A DNA stretch of 20,000 bases from Neovahlkampfia damariscottae. Its lineage: Eukaryota. Below, one piece after another: positions 11,485-19,408 of this stretch (its first letter is position 1; every line of letters begins with the position of its first letter). The stretch lies in NCBI GenBank assembly GCA_016618085.1, contig JABLTG010000003.1:306085-326084 (forward strand). Reading direction: 5' to 3'. The position numbers and the translations under genes are program-made. Below the pieces are notes generated by a model that saw only the letters and a program-made list of their open reading frames with translations, did no database searches and was not told where the DNA came from.

Positions 11485-11748
11485 ATGGTAAAACTTGACT
11501 TCGTCAATCGTGTCGCAAAACAAAAAAGAAAATTTTTCGTAACAACAGTTGTTGCTATTGCTATTGGAGTTCCTTTCTATGAAGCGACACTCGGTTTATA
11601 CGGAACATGGACAGGAAAAGAATTCAATAAAAAACTCGCAGCTGAAGGACAATATTATCAATGGCAAATGGTAGGAAAAGATATTATTCACGAAAAATAT
11701 TCATCATCAATTGATAGCCTCAAATCATTCCATAAAAGAGATTCTTAA
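11485..11748 (+). CDS. Small single-TM protein, 87 aa; possible cytochrome bc1 subunit 9 (QCR9/UQCR10)-like
   Basis: Clean ORF with an A-rich ATG context and a CCAAT box at 11452. It has basic residues followed by a TM segment, VAIAIGVPFYEATL (cf. human UQCR10 ALTIIVGVMFFERAF, from memory), and a later QW...KDIIHEKY (cf. LWKHIKHKY). The gene itself is likely; the family call is tentative. Confidence 0.5.
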   Translation: MVKLDFVNRVAKQKRKFFVTTVVAIAIGVPFYEATLGLYGTWTGKEFNKKLAAEGQYYQWQMVGKDIIHEKYSSSIDSLKSFHKRDS

Positions 11749-11755
11749 ATAAATT

Positions 11756-13401
11756 TTATTTTTTTAAAATTATTTTTTTAAAACAAACAAACAATAAATT
11801 AAAAATGAAACCTGTGAAACTAGACACCAAAAACACATAAAAATGTATATTCCATTGAAAAAAAAATCTCAAAAAAGCGACATTTGAAACTACCAAATGA
11901 AAAAGAACTAAAGAATAAGTGAATTGATTTTTTGAGGCTTTACCAGATATTTCTGAACTAAAAAGGTATGAATTGAACAGTTCAATGAAAAAATGTAATA
12001 CTGAAATTGATAAAATTAAAAATATTCCAGAGAACAATAAAAGATAACCTGTTGGTGTTTGTCGTTTCTTCAATAATGAAAAGCAATAAAAAAATGAAAA
12101 AAATTTCATAATTGAATAAAAAATACACAAATATAAATGAAGCATAAACAATAACAAAAATATTCCAGAAATGAATGGAAATTTCTGAGTCAATGTCAAT
12201 GAATCGATCCAATAAAAAAACGAACCTACAAAAGGAATCAAAGCTCCAACTTTGTTTGATGAATTAATGAATTGACTTACTTGGTGGATTTAAATTGGTT
12301 GCTGTAATTTGGATGATAATCAAAATTGAAAAGATCAATGAAAGAAAACCAAAAATGAAGGAGAACAAATCAAATAAAATTGAATCTCCTCCTTTCTTGA
12401 ATGCCAAATCAATCTTTCTCCATTTTTTTTCAGTTTTTTCAACTTCTAAAGCGAATTCTACCAATTTTTTATTATTTTGAAATGAAAGATAATCCAGTTC
12501 TCCTTGTTCTAATTTTGTTTTTAAATCTTTTCCTTTTTCCATCAAGTTCATAGTTACGTTCATCATTGTTTCTCTTTTGGATTTATAATTTTCGACTGTC
12601 ATTCGTTTTTTTCTGTTGAATATTTTGAAAATCATAAAAAATGGGAATGAAAACATTCCAATTCCACCAAAAATGAATATATAAAACCATCCAATAAAAT
12701 CTAAAATTCCAATAAACACTGGAATTATTGAAACCCATTCAATTGTAAAAATTAACGTATTTGGTGATGCTCTACAGTTTTCATAGCACAATATTGCTTG
12801 ATCCAAAGTTGAAAATTCAACTCTTGTCGAGAAACTTTTGATTGAAATTTCTAAATTCCTGGTGACGAAATAAAACAAAACCAACAAAAAATAAAAAATT
12901 GATGAAATTGGAATTGAAATTAAAACTGAATATAAAGTACTATTCAAAGATGATATTGAAAATAAATCAATTTTCTTTTTGAGGATTTGATCTTTTGGTT
13001 TTCTTATTGACAATGAATCGACAAAATAATAAATGATGGAAAAAGGTAAAATTGAAAAAGTAAAAAAAATCAAAAAACCAAAAAATACTTGATGAGAAAT
13101 ACCTTTTGAATTTAAAAACCCTTAAAAAACTTACCAAAAATCATTTCTAAATTTTTAAATTGAGTAGCAGAAATATTCAAAGGTAATATGAAAAATATTG
13201 AAAGACTGAAGAAAATTGAGATCACCTAAAATTAAGGTTTTTTAAAAAAGTTACAGATATGAATTTTAAAACTAAATATTTTGAGTCTTCTTTTGAATAT
13301 GAAAAATAACATTGAAAACAACATGAAAATAGATAAATAGCACAACTTCCAAAAATCAAAATGACAATAAAAATCACTTGGAAAATAATCTCTGAAATCA
13401 T
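11756..13401 (-). CDS. LMBR1/LIMR-family multi-pass membrane protein, ~517 aa; exons 13401-13255, 13225-13135, 13102-12281, 12249-11756
   Basis: Introns 13254-13226 (29 nt), 13134-13103 (32 nt) and 12280-12250 (31 nt) give a continuous 1554-nt frame. Motifs FILPLNIS, ILPFSIIYY and GWFYIFIFGGIGMFSFPF are followed by a cytosolic coiled coil, which is the LMBR1 layout. Confidence 0.82.
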
Positions 13402-13461
13402 TTTTTTTCAATTTTGATGATTTGGATAAATTTTCCAGTTTTATTTTTTTTCTTTCCTTTT

Positions 13462-13740
13462 TTAACAAATTCCTCCTAAATTTTTTGAATGCATTTCAAC
13501 ACCTAAATTTGTAAATTAATTTTTTTTTTTTACCTTTCTTTTTTTTTTTTTTAATTTTAAAAAGAGTCTTACGTTATACATTTTTGACTTCATATCTTCA
13601 TTGAATCCTTTTGGTTTTGTCGTGAATTCAATTCTCATTCTTCTTTTGAAATATTCTTTGTCTGTCATTGTTAGTTTTGTTTTTGCATCTCTTAAAATAT
13701 TTCTGTATAATGACAAAATTTGTGTTTTTGTAACTTTCAT
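13462..13740 (-). CDS. Mitochondrial LYR-motif protein, AltMIEF1/MIURF-like, 70 aa; exons 13740-13573, 13537-13534 (4-nt microexon), 13502-13462
   Basis: ILSLYRNILR...LTMTDKEYFKRRMRIEF matches the LYR motif and the 'L.YTDRDFY...IRREF' pattern of human AltMIEF1 (recalled from memory). The two-intron model gives the C-terminus YNKGVEMHSKNLGGIC* (cf. LEKGLVFLNGKLGRII). Confidence 0.8.
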
Positions 13741-13788
13741 GTGTTGATAAAAAAACAGTTGACCAATTGTATTAAGCAACCAATAAAA
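13741..13788. promoter_or_regulatory. 48-bp bidirectional promoter region between the LYR gene and COQ2, with two CCAAT boxes
   Basis: Divergent ATGs at 13740 and 13789; GACCAAT (CCAAT 13763-13767) and AACCAAT (CCAAT 13780-13784). Confidence 0.65.
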
Positions 13789-14902
13789 ATGTTGAAGAAA
13801 TTTATCAACAAAAGTTTTAACTTAAAAATTACAAAATTTTCAATTCGATTAAATCATCAAATACCAAAAACTAAATTAACAATTCCACAAAAAATTGTGG
13901 AAAACAGCCCAAAAGTTGTCAAACCATACCTCTATTTGATGAGATTAGACAAACCTATTGGAACTTGGTTATTGTTATGGCCATGTTATTGGAGTATGTT
14001 AGTTGCTCAGAGTTCAATTATACCTGATCCAAAATTGACTTTTTTATTTGCAGTTGGTGCGTTAATAATGCGAGGTTTGTTTTTAAATTTTTTTTGATTA
14101 TTTTTAGGAGCTGGGTGTACAATAAATGATTTATATGATAAAGATTTAGATAATAAAGTTGAAAGAACAAAAACAAGACCATTGGCTTCAAAACAAATTT
14201 CTCAAAAACAAGCTGTTGCTTTTCTGGCTGCTCAATTATCAGCAGGTTTAGCAATATTACTACAATTCAATACTTATAGGTATATTTTCTATTTTTTTGA
14301 TTCACCTTTCTAAAAGTATTATTGTTGGAGCATGTTCATTGATGTTTGTCTTCACATACCCTTTATTCAAAAGATTCACTTATTGGCCTCAATTAATGCT
14401 AGGAATCACATTTAACTGGGGTGCTTTTATAGGATATTCTTCAGTTATGGGATATTGTGATTGGTATGTCACGGTACCAATGTATATAGGTTTAAAAATT
14501 AAAATTAAACTTTTAAAAAAGCTGGAATCGCTTGGACCATCATTTATGATACAATTTATGCACATCAAGATAAAAAAGATGATGTAAATGTTGGAATTAA
14601 ATCAACTGCTTTATTATTTGGAGATAAAACTAAAGAATATTTAACTGCATTTTCAGCAGTATTTGGAAGGTTAGAAAATTAAAAAAATTAATAGTAAACT
14701 TAGTATGATGTGTTTAAGTGGATATTATGCTGAAATGGGATTTGGTTTTTATGGATTTATTTTTTTGACAACATTCAACTTACTTCGTCAAATTAGAACT
14801 ACCAACTATGAAGATACAGAAGATTGTATGAAAAAGTTTATTGAAAACAAGTATAATGGATTGTTAATCTTGCTCGGAATTTTAATAGGAAAAATATTTT
14901 AA
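13789..14902 (+). CDS. COQ2: 4-hydroxybenzoate polyprenyltransferase, mitochondrial, ~325 aa; exons 13789-14074, 14108-14279, 14317-14489, 14522-14669, 14704-14902
   Basis: Motifs [68 protein letters not shown] and [28 protein letters not shown]. Four introns (33, 37, 32 and 34 nt) keep the frame. The N-terminus is basic and presequence-like. Confidence 0.97.
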
Positions 14903-14911
14903 TACATTAAT

Positions 14912-16866
14912 TTATTGATCTAATTCACTTTTTTTAACATCGTTGTTTGAAGTTGAAGTTTGAACAGTTGTTTTCTTTTTAACTTTTTTTTTTTCTTTTG
15001 GTTCAATGAGAACAGATTGGTCATACATTTCAGTTTCGTTAATATATTCTAAATTGAGTAATGGTTTTTGTAAATCATCAGCAGGTAAATATTGATATCT
15101 TGTTTGTTGATAAGTTTGCATATCTCTAATAACACCAGCAAAATGTTGACATTTCACAAAATTAATTTTTCCATTTATATATTTTGGATTTCCATCTTCA
15201 ATGAAAGTTAAATCTGTCAAGTATAAACCGATGTATGGAATACAAGGTGGTTTTACACCTTTAAGTCTACCTCTAATAGCAGCAAAGTTTTTATCTCTTG
15301 AAATATATTTATGAAGTTGTTGAAATGTTGTTTTTGATTCTTCACGAATTTCATTCCAAGTCTTTTTTAATCTATAAATTGATGCTAAACTTAAACCTGA
15401 ACAAACAGCAAATACACCATTAAAATTATTTAAATCCCATAAATTTTGTGCTACATCAATGAATTTTTCAACAACTTTTGCTCTTTCTTTTAAATCAACA
15501 ATTTGAACTATAGTTGTACCAATCCAGTTACTCAAAGTATTGAAAGATTGAATCATAGAATGAATATTTGGAGCTCTTGTTTCTCTGTTTCCTTTATTCC
15601 AACTTTGATTTAAACATTCTTTTGGTTCAATAAGTTTAAATTGATCAAAATCAATTAAAGTAATTTGACGTGCAATTTCGAGAGCAGGCCAAATTAAAAT
15701 TGGGTTAACTGGAGTTTTATCTTTTTTCCCAAATAATTTAAATGTTGTTTTTGGTTTTTCAATTGGAGGACATTTGAATTCTCCTTGAATTGTACCTGAA
15801 TCATCCTCATTTTGAACTTTTCCAAGTGAATTTGTTAAAACTTTTTTATGAGCAGGACCTCCTTTAATTTTATCCATCATATTCATTAAATCTTCAACTT
15901 TAGCTTTCATTTCTTCATCATAATCATAAACAAAAAAATTTTCAATCCAATATTTAATTGTTTGAAGTACACGTAATCTAATTTTGTCAAGTTTTTCTGA
16001 TTTGAATTTTGCAAATTCTTCGTGTGTACAACCTTGTGGTGGTGGGATATTATATCTTTCAACAAGTAAATCAAAAAATGTATCACGTTCTGTGAAGGAT
16101 CTAAAAGTGATCATAAATGTATGCAAAAAATGTTGATCATAATATTCATGTGATGTTAATTCTTCTATAAGTTTGTTTAATGTAGCAGCTTCTATTTTTT
16201 TTTTACCATCAACTTCTTCCCAAATAATTGAATCAGGACCTGCTTCTCTATAAGTAAGTGTATCAATATCAACTGGATAATATTCAACTGGATCAATTGG
16301 TGCAGATGGTTTGACAACTTTTGGTACAAATTTCTTTGTATCTTTTTTGGAATTTGATTTTGGTGGAAATTTATCAGGATCAGTTTTTGAAACTAAAAAG
16401 GTGAATAATAGAATTTGATTTTACGGATTGAATAGTATTGTAATTTTCCTGATAATTTTGAATCAACTTCATAATCTGGATAACCCAATTGAAAAAAAGT
16501 TACTGTTGGTTTCCAAAATTTATCGTCTTCAGAAATCTTTAACCAAGTTGAGTTTACACTTCCAAGTGAAATTAATTCTTTGGCATTACTTTCTGATGCA
16601 GAAAGTAGAAATGAAAAAATGTTTTCAGCAATTTCTTCGGAATATTGAAATTTTTCAGGTTCATCTTCTTTTTCGTTACAAGTGAAGATATTTGTTGGAA
16701 TTTCATTTCCATTTATTTTTTCAATGGTAATTTGAGAAACTGGTTTTTCTAAATTCGTTGTCAAATCATTATTGCTGTTGTTGTTAAGCTCTTTCATACT
16801 TTTGTGTTTATCAGCATCTTTTTGATTTCCAAACACATTCTTTAAGGATTTAAGCATGGAAGTCAT
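14912..16866 (-). CDS. Ras guanine nucleotide exchange factor (REM + CDC25 domains) with an N-terminal F-box-like motif, ~640 aa; exons 16866-16425, 16392-14912
   Basis: A 32-nt intron at 16424-16393 joins ORF 16393..16935 to the RasGEF frame. REM domain: IEAATLNKLIEELT...FLHTFMITFRSF...IRLRVLQTIKYWIE. CDC25 domain: EIARQITLID, LNNFNG, IYRLKKTW, PPCIPYIGLYLTDLTFIEDGNP, INFVK. Confidence 0.92.
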
Positions 16867-17362
16867 CTCCGAAACGATTAGTTTTGCTTCAGAAGAAAAT
16901 AAAGTAAACAGTGACCAATGGGAATAGACAACCAATCAGAACACTTTTTAAAAGATTTTTTTAGCAACCAATGAAAATGTAATAAAAAAATAATAAAAAA
17001 AATCCTGAACTGTTTGGAATAAAGGTTTCTATAAAAGAAAGTTTGAGTGATAAAGTTACCTGGTATGTTTTACCTCAACTGTTTATTTTGACAAAAACCG
17101 TTACAAAATAATGGACAATATATAGTTAATGTGGCACATTCTGATTGGTCAATGAGTGAAGACGGAGTTATTAAAATACAGCCAAATTATTGGTTAATTC
17201 AAACAATGGATTAAATACAAGTTATTCTACATGAACTTATCAAAAAAAAAAAATAAAATTGAAATGCCAAACTTCACTTTTTTTTTGACAAATAGAATGT
17301 CTCCTTTGTCAATAAATTGACGAATCAAAAGTAGTTTAGAAACCATAACATATTTCACTTCA
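16867..17362. promoter_or_regulatory. Divergent intergenic region (RasGEF/lipase) with a cluster of CCAAT boxes
   Basis: CCAAT at 16915, 16932 (AACCAATCAGA) and 16968; ATTGG at 17144 (CTGATTGGTC) and 17189. Confidence 0.55.
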
Positions 17363-19408
17363 ATGCTGAACTTCACCAAATTTTTGATATTTTTTTTGCT
17401 ATTAATGACGGTTTTTGGAAAACAACAAAGTATCAACAACATTCTTGTTGCTGCTGGCTATTTTTCTGGAGCCATCTCTCAAAGAGATTATGAAATGTCT
17501 GAACTATCAAACATTGTTTACAACAGTAATACTATAAGTGCGGTCGGCTATACTAGAGTGCTTTAAATGACAAAAGGAACATCGGTTGTCGGAATTTATG
17601 AAAAGTCAGGAACGAAGGAAATAGCTGTTGTATTTCGAGGAACAGTTTCTAGCACTAACGATTTAGCAACAAACTTAAACATCCAAGGCCTATATTATAA
17701 AAACTTTGGTAGTATTCATCTCGGATTTTGGAATGATTATTCATCAGTGAAAGAAGAGATATCCAACTTTCTAAAACAGCAAAAATATGACACATATTCA
17801 AAATATGTGTCAGGACATAGTCAAGGAGGTGCTATTTCTTTGATGGCTGTATTAGATTTGAAAATTTCCTATTCAATTTCAACCATTTGCGTAACTTTTG
17901 GATCACCACGTGCAATTTACTCAGATATGAAAATGAAATATTTGGCTGAAATTCCTGACTCAATAAATATCAGATATGTTGGCAGTTATTCACAAGGAAA
18001 TTATATTGAAATTGTTCCAACACTTCCTCCTGTATATTTTGGATATGTTCATGTCGGAGAAGAAAGAAGAATAAGATGTCCAGATACATCAACTTTTGCT
18101 AAGAAAAATTGTCATGGAATTGTTAATTACATGAATTCCATCATAAGATACCGAAATTTAGGAACCATCATCAACAACCCGTTCAAATTTGTATCGATAC
18201 CTAGCAACATGAAAATCAAAAGGAGTGAAGTCTTAAACATTGACTGGGAAGGTATAATTTGTGCAAATTGCGAATTGAAAGTTTATGAATCTGTTACTGG
18301 TACTGATCCACAAATAGGAAACACTCTTGTTGTTTCTTCAAACATGCTTTCAGTTGATTTTGTATTTCCTTCAAATGCACCTGAAGGTACCTATTATGTA
18401 TGTGCTGATCCAGGAACATTTTCATGTGGTCGTACATTGAATAATTTTGAAATTATTGATGGAATTGTAAAAGAATTTGATGTGATTACTCCTATTTCTT
18501 GGTACAATTCATTTCCTGGGGTCATTCGATGGGAGGGTGTTTTTTCAGCTTCACAAACGTTTGTTCTATACAGAACAGTTGATTTTGCTCCAGATGTAGA
18601 AATTAGTCGTTGGACAATTACATCAGAAGAATCAACAATTGGATCCAAGAAAATGACATTTCCAACAGCAACCAAATCATGTCGATATAAAATGCATGTG
18701 AATCCTGGAACTTTTTATTCCGAATATGAAACAAATGAATTTTGTATCAATGATTCTTTGTCAACACTTTCGGTCGTATATCCAACCGAAAATTTAATAA
18801 TTCATCCACAAGATTTTAAGAAAATTGAATTGTCCAGAAATGTTCCAGAATTGAATGTTGTTTCTGTTATTATTGCATTACTAAAAGACGGTAACGTGAC
18901 AAAATCGTGGAATATTTCACCAAGTTAAAAAATATTAAATATCACTCTTGCTTCAAATTTGGAAATTTCTTGCCACTATTCAATTTGTGTTGGATTATCT
19001 GGGGATATTTGCCACCTGGAATCAAAGAAATTTTGTATTGGACATCAAAACCCTCAAAATTCACCAAAATATTCGCCAATTCCATCACCAAATGTTTCAC
19101 CAATTTATTCACCAAAATATTCACCAACACTATCACCAATGTATTCACCAAAGTATTCAGAAATAATTCCTTCAAATCCTGTTGACATACAAAATTATCC
19201 ATGTTCTTGGAATTCCGTTGCTTCCATTCAAAATGAATTAGTATTCAGATGTATTTTCAAACCAAGTGAATTCATTTCTAAATTCAACAGTACTTCAAAA
19301 AAGCTTCCGAAAATGTTTTACGAAGTAACAACACAACAATCAGATAATTTCCAAAATACAACGAATACATCATCGAATAATCTGGTGTGTGGCAGGACTG
19401 TGACATAA
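17363..19408 (+). pseudogene. Secreted class-3 (fungal-type) lipase with ~3 Ig-like repeats and an SP-rich stalk, interrupted by in-frame TAA at 17564-17566 and 18926-18928
   Basis: ORFs 17363, 17567 and 18959 are all in one frame. Signal peptide MLNFTKFLIFFLLLMTVFG; IAVVFRGT, IHLGF, nucleophile elbow VSGHSQGGA, TFGSPR, EIVPTLPP..FGYVHVGEE and CHGIVNY. The lipase call is strong; pseudogene status is inferred. Confidence 0.7.
19061..19159 (+). repeat. 12-bp coding tandem repeat (TCACCAAAATAT-like) encoding SPxY/SPxx about 8 times
   Basis: Translation SPKYSPIPSPNVSPIYSPKYSPTLSPMYSPKYS. Confidence 0.85.

Noticed and set aside
13720..13788. Longer N-termini given by the ORF track for COQ2 (13720) and the LYR gene (13779), and similarly at 5998, 8531 and 16935
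   Set aside because: Most begin at non-ATG codons or run through CCAAT-containing promoter DNA. The downstream ATGs (13789, 13740, 5947, 8525, 16866) fit better. The ATG at 5998 cannot be fully excluded.
18891..18924. Apparent 34-nt GTAACG...CCAAG intron just before the second lipase stop
   Set aside because: Splicing it shifts the frame and reaches TAA at 18936-18938. The unspliced frame continues the repeat domain better.
17564..18928. Genome-wide TAA-to-Gln reassignment (ciliate-type code) as the explanation for the lipase stops
   Set aside because: All 11 other genes terminate at TAA, and long frames (e.g. more than 1270 codons in BLTP2) contain no internal TAA or TAG.
19061..19159. YSPxYSP repeats resembling the RNA polymerase II CTD
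   Set aside because: The period is 4 aa rather than 7, and the repeats lie in a signal-peptide-bearing lipase frame. A mucin-like stalk is more likely.
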